The notes beneath the pieces are model-generated. The model saw only the letters and a list, made by a program, of their open reading frames with translations. It had not been told where the DNA came from and searched no databases. A DNA stretch of 64,000 bases, from assembly GCA_963815115.1 (NCBI GenBank), contig CAWFFN010000005.1, forward strand, positions 1,504,001 through 1,568,000, in the 5' to 3' direction. This stretch comes from an uncultured delta proteobacterium. GTDB taxonomy: Bacteria; Desulfobacterota; Binatia; DP-6. The position numbers were made by a program, and so were the translations under genes. Shown here piece after piece: positions 8,782 through 17,703 of the stretch; the first letter of the stretch is position 1, and each line of letters opens with the position of its first letter.

Positions 8782-11676
8782 ATGACCTCGGCGCCCAAGG
8801 GGGCGAATCTGATCCACTTTGCCCCCTTTGCGCTCGATGCGCCGAACGCGCGTCTGTACCGCGGCGACGAGGTCATTCCGTTGCGAGGCAAGACGCTTGC
8901 CGTCCTCGAGTACCTGGTGGCCCGCCCGGGCCGGCTGGTGACCAAGGACGAGCTGCTGAAGGAGATATGGCCGGAGGTATACGTCTCCGAGGACGTCCTC
9001 GTCGGATGCGTGCACGAACTGCGGCAAGTCTTCGGCGATACCCGGAGCGCGGCGAAGTTCGTCGAGACGGTGTACCGACGCGGCTATCGATGGATCGCTG
9101 GAACCGTCGACGATGAGCGCGGAGAACAGCGCCGGCTCTCGACGCCAGCGGGAGCCCCGCAGCCGGTCCCCATCTTCGTCGGTCGCGAAGCGGACGTCGC
9201 GCAACTCCGGTCGTGGCTCGCGCACGCCGCGAGCGGGGTACGGCAGGTGGTCTTCGTCACCGGCGAAGCTGGCATCGGGAAAACCGCTCTCGTGGACGCC
9301 TTTCTCGAGGATCTGCTCAAGGCCCCTTGTCTCGTCGCTCGCGGGCAATGCATCGAGCAGTACGGCCCGGCCGAGCCCTTCCTGCCACTGCTCGATGCGC
9401 TGGTGCGGCTGGGTCGCGAGCCGGACAACACCTCCGTGGCGTCGACTCTGGAGCGCTGTCTACCGGATCCATTGCTGTCGCCGGCAGCATCCAGATCGAT
9501 CGGCCCCGGGTCGGGCGGCATCATGCCCGAACGCGCCGTGCGCCTGCTCGGCGGCGCAGTCGAAGCTGTCGCTGCAGAGGGCGTCATCGTTCTCGTCCTG
9601 GAGGATCTGCACTGGAGCGATCCGTCGACGATCGACGTCCTCTCGTACGTTGCGCAACGGTCGGAACCGTGCCGGCTGATGGTGCTCGCCACCTACCGGC
9701 CGACCGACGTCATTCTCCGTCGCCACCCGCTGCGGGGACTCGCGTCCGAGCTGCGCGCGCGCCGGCGCAGCGAGCAACTCCCTCTCGGTCGCCTCACGGT
9801 GGACGCCGTGCACCAGTGGCTCGGATGCCTGTGCTCATCACCGCCGCAAGCGCTGGTGGCATGGCTGCACGGGCGCACCGACGGTCACCCGTTGTTTCTC
9901 GTGATGCTCTTCGAGGCACTGGCCACGGCTGGCATGGTCGCGTGTGATCACGGCGAGTGGAGCGTCCAGCCAGGCTACGCCGAGTTCGGCGTCCCGGAGA
10001 GCCTCCGCTTGATGATCGACCGGCAGGCCGAGCGTCTGGACGACGCGGATCGGTTCCTCCTGGAGGCCGCCAGCACGGCAGGCACGCACTTCTCGGCGGC
10101 CAGCGTCGCCGCCGCCGTGGAGCAAGACGTCGTCTCCGTGGAGGCGCGTTGCGACGCGCTCACGCGCGCGAGCCAGTTCCTTCGCGCGGCCGATCCCTGG
10201 CAATGGCCGGACGGTACGGTGGCGGGCGGTTACCGATTCAGCCACGAGCTGTACCGGAGCGTCTTCTACGAGAACCGCCCGCCGGCCCGCGGGCGATTGC
10301 TCCACCAACGCATCGGCGAGCGCCTCGAACGAGCCTACGGATCGCGCGCCGACGAGCTGGCGACGGAGTTGTCGATCCACTTCGACCGTGGCGGCGACCC
10401 GGCGCGCGCGGTCGCCTATCTCGAGAAGGTCGCGGCAGACTGCAACCGCCGCGGGGCCCATCGAGAAGCGACCGCGAGCGTCCGGCGTGCCCTCGAGATC
10501 GTCTCGCTGCAGCCGGACACGCCGGAGCGCACCGACCGGACCATCTTCCTGAACCTCCAGCTCGGTGCCTCCCTGCTGGTAGCGGAAGACTACGCCGATC
10601 CCGCGGTGGAGGCCGCGTTCCGGCGTGTCCAGCAGCTCGCCGAGCAAGCCGACGCGCTCCCCCCGCTGCTGACCGCCCTGGCCGGGCTGCACGGTTACCA
10701 CGCTGCCCGCGCGCAGCTCACCGACGCCGACCGCATCGTCCCGCGCATGATCCAGCTCGCCGAGCGCTTGCCGCTGCCGCAAGCGTCGCTGGTCGCGAAT
10801 ACGTGCGCTGCCTGGTTGCGGTGGAACCAGGGCGAGCTTGCCCGCGCGCGCGAGCACGCCATGCAGGCGATCACCGCCAAACCGGTCGAGGCCATGTCAT
10901 TTCCGTCCACCTTCGATCTCGTCGGGTATGCGTTCGGGACCGCAGCGTTCGTCGAGATGGCCCTCGGAAACGTCGACGCGGCACGGCTCCGGTCGGAGGA
11001 GGGCCTCGCCTGGTCACGCCAGAGCACGCGCCCCGTCGACCGGGCTACCGCACTGGCGCTTGCCGGCATGCTCCACGCCTTCATGAACGAGCCCTCGGCC
11101 GCGGGCAGGCTGGCCGCAGAAGCGGTCGCCGTGGCAGACGAGTACGGATACCGGCAGTGGAGAGCCATCGGGCGGTTCATCACGGCGTGGGCCCTGGCGG
11201 ACGCAGAACGCAATGCCGGCTCGCTCGGCCCCGTGATGCAGGGTCTCGACGAATACACGCGGATGGGGCTGCGGGCACTGCTGTCGTCGCTTCTCTGCTT
11301 GGCGGCTCGCGTACACATCCGCGCCGGCAGGAAGCAAGCCGGCATGGAGCTGCTCGAACGAGCCGAAGCGCACGTGCGCGACACTCGCGAACGCTGGTAC
11401 GAGGCCGAGTTGCATCGCCTCCGCGGCACCGTCGTGCAGTCGCGGGAGCCGGAGACGGCCGAGGCGCATTTTCGACAGGCCATCGAGGTCGCCCGCGCGC
11501 AAGGCGCCAGGCTGTGGGAGTTGCGTGCCGCCGTGGACCTCGCGGCGATGTGGGGACAGGAGAGGAAGCGAGCAGCCGCGCGTCACTTGCTGCAGCCGGT
11601 GCTGTCCTCGTTTGCAAGCGATGCCGACGCGGTCGATCTGCGGGCAGCGCGGGAGCTGTACGCGCGACTTGCATGA
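8782..11676 (+). CDS. Transcriptional regulator: OmpR-type winged helix + AAA (STAND-like) ATPase + TPR
   Basis: wHTH (LVTKDELLKEIWP...VETVYRRGYRW), Walker A GEAGIGKT, Walker B LEDLHW, TDGHPLF, C-terminal WYEAELHRLRG...ELRAA. Confidence 0.92.
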   Translation: MTSAPKGANLIHFAPFALDAPNARLYRGDEVIPLRGKTLAVLEYLVARPGRLVTKDELLKEIWPEVYVSEDVLVGCVHELRQVFGDTRSAAKFVETVYRRGYRWIAGTVDDERGEQRRLSTPAGAPQPVPIFVGREADVAQLRSWLAHAASGVRQVVFVTGEAGIGKTALVDAFLEDLLKAPCLVARGQCIEQYGPAEPFLPLLDALVRLGREPDNTSVASTLERCLPDPLLSPAASRSIGPGSGGIMPERAVRLLGGAVEAVAAEGVIVLVLEDLHWSDPSTIDVLSYVAQRSEPCRLMVLATYRPTDVILRRHPLRGLASELRARRRSEQLPLGRLTVDAVHQWLGCLCSSPPQALVAWLHGRTDGHPLFLVMLFEALATAGMVACDHGEWSVQPGYAEFGVPESLRLMIDRQAERLDDADRFLLEAASTAGTHFSAASVAAAVEQDVVSVEARCDALTRASQFLRAADPWQWPDGTVAGGYRFSHELYRSVFYENRPPARGRLLHQRIGERLERAYGSRADELATELSIHFDRGGDPARAVAYLEKVAADCNRRGAHREATASVRRALEIVSLQPDTPERTDRTIFLNLQLGASLLVAEDYADPAVEAAFRRVQQLAEQADALPPLLTALAGLHGYHAARAQLTDADRIVPRMIQLAERLPLPQASLVANTCAAWLRWNQGELARAREHAMQAITAKPVEAMSFPSTFDLVGYAFGTAAFVEMALGNVDAARLRSEEGLAWSRQSTRPVDRATALALAGMLHAFMNEPSAAGRLAAEAVAVADEYGYRQWRAIGRFITAWALADAERNAGSLGPVMQGLDEYTRMGLRALLSSLLCLAARVHIRAGRKQAGMELLERAEAHVRDTRERWYEAELHRLRGTVVQSREPETAEAHFRQAIEVARAQGARLWELRAAVDLAAMWGQERKRAAARHLLQPVLSSFASDADAVDLRAARELYARLA

Positions 11677-11757
11677 GGAGCCACGGTCACGTTCTTGCGG
11701 CGTCCTTTGTGTAGGTTTCCCTCCGGTGTCCCTCGGGAACGAGAGCGAAGCGGGCGG

Positions 11758-12174
11758 TCAGTCGACCTTGGTGGACGCGACGCACAGCTCGCTGCGCTTG
11801 GTCACGTCGAGCTCTCTCGGGCCGAACTGGTCGTTCGTGAAGACCGGCGGGATGTCGAGGTGCTCGCGACCGACCTTGACGTCGTAGCACAGGAGATGGA
11901 TCGCATGTGTCTCGGCGCCAGGGGACTCGCCGTTCTTGTTCGCCGGGGTGCAGAGCGTCCGCGGCTGCACCACGTCGACCGTCTGGGGTCCGAACTGGTC
12001 GATCAGCTGCACCCCGGACACGGGGACGAACTTGGCGGATCCGGACGTGCGGCGCACCTTGTAGCACAGGTAGTGGTCGAGGCCCGTCGGCGCGAGCGGC
12101 GGCGGCCCCGTCGAGCTCTTCGTGGCCGGGACCAGCAGCCGGCTGAAGCGCGTCGCGTCGAGGTGGATGCTGCC
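11758..12174 (-). pseudogene. 3' fragment of a secreted repeat protein (DHxLCY / DQFG / LCxPxxKNG domain), no 5' end
   Basis: GSIHLDATRFSRLLVP...LDHYLCYK...DQFG...LCTPANKNGE...ELCVASTK; homology to the paralog ends abruptly at about 12174. Confidence 0.8.
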
Positions 12175-13071
12175 GACAACTTCTCCGCGATCCCACCGTC
12201 GTCGACGACGTATCCGGCGGTCAGTTGCGTGATCGGGGACAACAGCGGTGCGGCCTGCTCGTGCGGCACGAACAGCGGCGTCTATCAGGCGCGGGTCCAC
12301 GCGGGCCCCGGACGCCTCGAGCTGAATCCCGCGGGTACCGACATCGCGGACATCATCAAGACCGTCTCGGTGGCTTGTGTGACGACCACCACCACGACGA
12401 CCCTGGCCCCGCACTTCCAGTGCTATGAGACGAAGCGGCAGGCGGTGGCCAGCGTCCCGGTGACCCTGGTGGACCAGTTCGGCACCTTCCAGATGAGCGC
12501 CCGGCGGCCGCACCGTCTGTGCGCGCTGGTCGACAAGAACGGCGAGAACCCGAACGCCCCGACGGATCCCGCGCACCTGGTCGGATACGACCTGCGCGGG
12601 GACGCGCACCAGTTCAAGCCCCTGCGCAACGTGCACGTGACGAACCAGTTCGGTACCGTCAGCATCGATGTGGTGCGATTCGCCAACCTCCTGGTGCCGG
12701 CCGCGAAGAGCCTGGTCGCCCAGCCGCCGCCCCTCCCGCCGGGGGTGATCGACCACTTTCTCTGCTACAAGGTACGGCACATCCCCGGCACGCCCCCCTT
12801 CGCGCCGATCCCGGGCGTCACCCTCATCGACCAGTTCGGCACCAAGGTCGTCACCGTGGTGGATCCGAGATTCCTCTGCACGCCGGTGGACAAGAACGGC
12901 GAGTCGCCGGGCGCCGAGCTGCACCCGATGCACCTCCTCTGCTACGAGACGAGGTTCGGTCGCGACTCCATCAACATATCCCCGGTCTTCACGACGGATC
13001 AGTTCGGCGACAAGACCTTGCAGTTGATCCGGCGGGAGGAGCTCTGCGTCCCGTCCACCAAGACTCTCTAG
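12175..13071 (+). pseudogene. 3' portion of a paralogous secreted repeat protein (Thr linker + two DQFG domains), no 5' end
   Basis: TTTTTTTL linker, HFQCY/DHFLCY, DQFG, LCTPVDKNGE, ELCVPSTK; the frame upstream of about 12175 is just the antisense of the other fragment. Confidence 0.8.
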
Positions 13072-13171
13072 CCCGCTGACGGTGCCCGTGGCTCGACTCT
13101 CCCGTCGAGCCACGGGCATCCGCTCGGAAGCGACCCTTTCGTCTCCATCAATCGCTTGCTACCCTTGCGGC

Positions 13172-14584
13172 GTGGGAGGGCCTCCGCTGCCTCTGGCGTC
13201 CGACCACGACGGGGCAACGGCCGGTGGACCCGACCAGGCTCGGAAGACTCGCATCGTGATCCTCGGCGGTGGCTTCGGCGGGGTCTACACCGCCCGCCAC
13301 CTGGAGCGGCTCTGCAAGCGCCGGCCGGACGTCGAAGTCATCCTGGTGAGCCGGGACAACTTCCTCCTCGTGACGCCGCTGCTGTTCGAGGTGTGCTCGG
13401 GCACCCTCGATCTGCGGCACTGCTGCTTCCCGGTCCGGGCCTTCCTGCGGACCACCCGGTTCGGCGAGGGGACGGTGCAGAGCGTCGACCTGGAGCGACG
13501 GACGGTCCGCGTGGCTTTCGCCGGTCGAAGCAGCGAGCTGGCCTACGACCAGCTGGTGCTGGCGCTCGGGGCCCTGACCAACCAGAACATGATCCCGGGG
13601 TCCGAGAACGCGTTCACCTTCAAGACGCTCGCCGACGCCCTGCTGCTGCGCAACCACATGATCGAGCGCTTCGAACGCGCCGACACGGAACCGGACCCCG
13701 AGCGCAGGCGCGCGCTGCTCACGTTCGTGATCATCGGCGCGGGGCTGGTGGGGGTCGAGCTGTTCGGCGAGGTGACCGCGTTCATCGACGCGACCACGAC
13801 GCTGTACCCCCACGTGAGCCGCGACGAGGTGCGCTGCATCCTGCTCCAGGGTGGCGAACGCATCATGCCGGAGATGGATGCGAAGCTGACGGCGTACGGG
13901 GTCCGCGTGCTCGGCGGCCGGCGCGGGGCCGACATTCGCATCCACGCCGCGGTGCGGGCCATCGAGCCGGGCAAGGTCCACCTGCAGGGAGAGACCATCC
14001 ACGCGGAGACGATCGTCCTGGCGGCCGGGATCGTTCCCAACCCGGTCGTGGCGAGCCTCCCCTTGGAAAAGGACCAGCGCGGGCACATCGTCGTCGACGG
14101 CACCATGCGCTGCAAGAATCGCCCGGAGGTGTGGGCGATCGGGGATTGTGCGTTCATTCCGTCGCCCGAGGGCAAGCCCTATCCCAACCTGGCCCAGCAT
14201 GCCCTGCGGGAGGCCAGGGTGCTGGCCGGGAACCTCCGTGCCGTGCTCGACGGCCGGCCACCCAGACCGTTCGTCTACGAAACCCTGGGCATGATGGGAT
14301 CCCTCGGTCACGGCAAGGCGTTCGGCCAGCTCATGGGGGTGCGCGTGCATGGCGTCGTGGCGTGGTTCGTGCGCCGTACCTACTACCTGCTCCAGATGCC
14401 GGGGTGGGGCCGCCGGCTGCGCATCGTGACCGACTGGACGTTCGCACTGCTCTTCCCGGTCGACGTCACCAAGATGAGCCTGGAGAGCGAAGCGGCGCTG
14501 CTGCTGCGCGAAGCGCAGGCCGATGCCGTCGGCATGAGCGCGCCTCCCGGCGGCACGCCTGCGCCAGGCGGGACCCGTCCGTGA
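13172..14584 (+). CDS. ndh: FAD-dependent oxidoreductase, type II NADH dehydrogenase family
   Basis: GGGFGG FAD motif, GAGLVGVE, WAIGDCA, AQHA; start uncertain. Confidence 0.85.
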   Translation: MGGPPLPLASDHDGATAGGPDQARKTRIVILGGGFGGVYTARHLERLCKRRPDVEVILVSRDNFLLVTPLLFEVCSGTLDLRHCCFPVRAFLRTTRFGEGTVQSVDLERRTVRVAFAGRSSELAYDQLVLALGALTNQNMIPGSENAFTFKTLADALLLRNHMIERFERADTEPDPERRRALLTFVIIGAGLVGVELFGEVTAFIDATTTLYPHVSRDEVRCILLQGGERIMPEMDAKLTAYGVRVLGGRRGADIRIHAAVRAIEPGKVHLQGETIHAETIVLAAGIVPNPVVASLPLEKDQRGHIVVDGTMRCKNRPEVWAIGDCAFIPSPEGKPYPNLAQHALREARVLAGNLRAVLDGRPPRPFVYETLGMMGSLGHGKAFGQLMGVRVHGVVAWFVRRTYYLLQMPGWGRRLRIVTDWTFALLFPVDVTKMSLESEAALLLREAQADAVGMSAPPGGTPAPGGTRP

Positions 14585-15848
14585 CCGCGGATCGGCTCCC
14601 GTCGCGACGCAGCGCCGGCGCGCTCCCGTACACCGCGGCACCGACGCGCTCGGGATAATCGTCCGGGAAGGTCCACAGGCTGCGACCGGCGTCGTGCACG
14701 AGGCCGCGCCAGGCCGGATCGAACGGGTAGACCATCGACAGCAGCACGTCGCTCGAGATCCGCTCGTTCGCGACCCAGTAGCCGTGGCCGCGCATGCCGG
14801 CCAGCTCGTGGGGGCCGGGTACGCCGGCCACGTCGATGCCCACCAGGCGGTCGTCGGACGCCAGGGTCTTCAGCTCCTCCCGCGTGAGCTCGTCGAATCG
14901 CGGCCGCCCCAGGCGCGAGGCGCGGGACAGGAGCGCCGCGAACTTGAGCGCGCCGTCGTTCTCCGAGACGTACACCTCCGTGCGTCGAGCGACGTCCCGC
15001 AGGGCCGGCAGGTGCGAGCGCGCGAAGGTCTGGAGGTCGATGTCGGCCGCCACGAAGATCGCGTTGGCGATGCGATAGCGGCGCTGGAGCGCGGCCTGGT
15101 CCTCCTCCGGGTGGCGATCGCGCAGCTCGACCAGTGCCTCGGCGAGCAGCGGCGAGCCGCAGCTGAAAGCGATCAGATTGATGCGCCGGGCCTGGCTGTG
15201 CTCCGCCACCAGCTCGATGAGCCGCGCGATGTCGGGAACGAAAGCGCGGGCCCGCGGGCAGTCCACCAGGTAGTTCCACACCGAGGTGCCCGTCGGCCAG
15301 CTGAAGGCCACCACCGCCGACGAGCGGCCGAGGTAGTGTGCCCAGGTGCCCATCAGCACCATCACCTGGTCGAAGGTCACGCGGAACCCCGGCACGTAGA
15401 TCACCGCCTCGCCGGTGCGCGAGGACTGGACCTGCCGATCGATGCCTTCGACGAAGGCGCGCTCGGCGTCGCTGCCCCAGACGCCGAACTCCTCGACGGA
15501 CGTGACGCGTGCCGGGCGCAGCGCGTCGGCACGGCTGTTGCGATCCGATTCGACGAGGTCCTCGAAGGTCCAGTCGGACTCGCCGAGGTGCACGTGGGCG
15601 AGACCGAGTCGCACCGCGTCGCCGACTTCCCGGGAGTAGCGTTCGCGATGGCCCTCCGGCGCCGGTGCCCGTGTCGTCGCATAGAAGACGCGCACGTCGG
15701 TGTCGCGATGCTCGGGCGCCACGAAGCGGGTGAAGTCGAGGCGCGGATCCTTCATCAGAATCGGCGCCGGGAACATGGTCCAGCGCCGTTCGCCATTGTC
15801 CCCGCAGCCGAGCGACAGGGCGACGAGGAGGAGGCCGGCGACGCGCAT
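14466..15848 (-). CDS. Alpha/beta hydrolase lipoprotein (DUF900-like)
   Basis: Lipobox LSLGC; VFYATTR, YVPGF, FSWP, IAFSCG, AADID, GHGYW. Confidence 0.8.
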   Translation of the reverse strand: MRVAGLLLVALSLGCGDNGERRWTMFPAPILMKDPRLDFTRFVAPEHRDTDVRVFYATTRAPAPEGHRERYSREVGDAVRLGLAHVHLGESDWTFEDLVESDRNSRADALRPARVTSVEEFGVWGSDAERAFVEGIDRQVQSSRTGEAVIYVPGFRVTFDQVMVLMGTWAHYLGRSSAVVAFSWPTGTSVWNYLVDCPRARAFVPDIARLIELVAEHSQARRINLIAFSCGSPLLAEALVELRDRHPEEDQAALQRRYRIANAIFVAADIDLQTFARSHLPALRDVARRTEVYVSENDGALKFAALLSRASRLGRPRFDELTREELKTLASDDRLVGIDVAGVPGPHELAGMRGHGYWVANERISSDVLLSMVYPFDPAWRGLVHDAGRSLWTFPDDYPERVGAAVYGSAPALRRDGSRSAVTDGSRLAQACRREARSCRRHRPALRAAAAPLRSPGSSW

Positions 15849-15908
15849 GGAGCCCCGGGAGGGTGCGCCGGACTCCTTCTTCCCGCGGCGGCCCGGGAGC
15901 ATCGAATG

Positions 15909-17423
15909 CTAGGCCCGGCGGTCCGAGACCGCGAAGCTCTCTCGACCCGCGGCATCGCAGGCCGCGAGCTCGGCGCGCCGGTGCCCGGCCTCGGCCGCCG
16001 CCGCGACGCCGCGCAGCGTGCCCTCGAAGACCAGGCGGTGCAGCGGATAGATTCCGTACCAGTAGGCGAGGCCGGCAAGGCCGATCGGGTCGAAGATCGC
16101 CGTCTGTCGGATCGTGGCGCCACCCTCGCGTGGCACCACCTCGTACTCGAGCCACGCGCGGCCCGGCAGCTTCATCTCCGCCTCGAGGAACAAGCGGCGG
16201 TCGGGCTCGACCGCCGCCACGCGCCAGAAGTCGAGGGCGTCGCCCACCTGGACGGTCTCGGGATCGCGCCGACCGCGGCGCAGGCCGACCCCGCCGGCCA
16301 GCACGTCCAGATAGCCGCGCATGCGCCACAGCCAGTCGCCGTAGTAGTACCCGGTCGTCCCGCCGAGGCGGCGGATCGGGGCGAACGCCTCGTGTGGCGT
16401 CGCCGCGACCTGGAGCAGGCGCGAGTCGACCAGCCGATTCCCGAAGCGGACACCGCCCCAGTCGCGCGGCTCGCCCGCCGCCGAGAGCGCGTCCGACCAG
16501 CGGGTGGCGGCGATCGTCTCGTCCTCGTTGCGAAGCGCGGCGCCGATGGCCTCGCGGATGCCCTGCGGGCGCACGGCGAACGCCCGGAGCGCACCGTCGT
16601 CCCGCACCACCGTCGGGTGCCGGATGCTGTCGATCAGCTTCCGTCCGACCCGTGCATAGAGCGGGGTCACGAGGCCGAGCCAGAGGCTCGACAGGCGCGG
16701 CGTCAGGACCGGAACCGGGATCATCAGACGGCGCAGCCCGCGCTGGCGCGCATACTCGCGCATGATCTCGCCGTAGGAGACGCGGTCGGCGCCCCCGATC
16801 TCGAAGACGCGGCTCTCGTCGCCGGCGAGGTCGCGCGCCTCGGCGAGGTACTTGAGGAGGTCGGTGATGCCGATCGGCTGGGCCAGCACCGACACCCAGC
16901 GCGGCATGATCATGACGGGCAGGCGCTCGACCAGCGCGCGGATCATCTCGAAAGACAGGCTGCCCGAGCCGATCACGATCGAGGCCCTCAGCTCGATGAC
17001 CGGCACGCCCGACGCGCGCAGCACCTGGCCGACCTCCTGGCGGCTGCGCAGATGTGGTGAGAGCGCGGCCTGCGGGTCCCCGAGACCGCCCAGATAGATG
17101 ATGCGTCGCACCCCGGCCGCCCGCGCCGCGGCGCCGAAGCGCTCGGCGGCGCAACGGTCGGTTTCCTGGAACGCGGCGGGAGAGCCCATCGAGTGCACGA
17201 GGTAGTAGGCGGTGTGCACGCCCTCGAACGCCGGTCCGAGGCTGCCCGCATCGAGCACGTCGGCGCGGACGAGCTCGGTGCGTTCGTCGAGGACATGGCG
17301 AAGGAACTCGGGGCGCCGCGCGAGGCAGCGGACGCGCACGCGGGCGCGCTGGAGCTCCCGCAGCAACCTTCCGCCGACGTAACCGGTCGCGCCGGTGAGC
17401 AGGACGAAGGGCTCCGGGGTCAC
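15909..17423 (-). CDS. Atypical SDR oxidoreductase + DUF2867 (YbjT-like)
   Basis: TGATGYVG, YLVHSM, VGDALDFWRV, AEMKLPGRAWL. Confidence 0.9.
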   Translation of the reverse strand: MTPEPFVLLTGATGYVGGRLLRELQRARVRVRCLARRPEFLRHVLDERTELVRADVLDAGSLGPAFEGVHTAYYLVHSMGSPAAFQETDRCAAERFGAAARAAGVRRIIYLGGLGDPQAALSPHLRSRQEVGQVLRASGVPVIELRASIVIGSGSLSFEMIRALVERLPVMIMPRWVSVLAQPIGITDLLKYLAEARDLAGDESRVFEIGGADRVSYGEIMREYARQRGLRRLMIPVPVLTPRLSSLWLGLVTPLYARVGRKLIDSIRHPTVVRDDGALRAFAVRPQGIREAIGAALRNEDETIAATRWSDALSAAGEPRDWGGVRFGNRLVDSRLLQVAATPHEAFAPIRRLGGTTGYYYGDWLWRMRGYLDVLAGGVGLRRGRRDPETVQVGDALDFWRVAAVEPDRRLFLEAEMKLPGRAWLEYEVVPREGGATIRQTAIFDPIGLAGLAYWYGIYPLHRLVFEGTLRGVAAAAEAGHRRAELAACDAAGRESFAVSDRRA

Positions 17424-17703
17424 TTCGGCAACTCTACCGGATGGCGGCGATCCGACCAACGCGGCGAGCACCGTCCGAGGACTCTGCTTCCGCGGGTCCG
17501 AAGGAAACGACGCCTCCAAACGATCCACCGCGGAGGCCTTGGCCGGTGTCGAAAGTCCAATCGGACTCCATGGTTGGGCGTCCGGCTCGCCCTGTCACCC
17601 ATGGCATGGACCTTGCGCAGTCCTGTGCCCCACGCGTCGCCATGCGGCGACCGGTGGATCGGTGAAACCCACGTTGGTCGGAATTGCAGAAGGAAAAATA
17701 CTG

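Noticed and set aside
11695-13119. Two fully overlapping antisense genes as shown in the ORF track
   Set aside because: Each ORF is protein-like on only one side of about 12174; the rest is antisense read-through.
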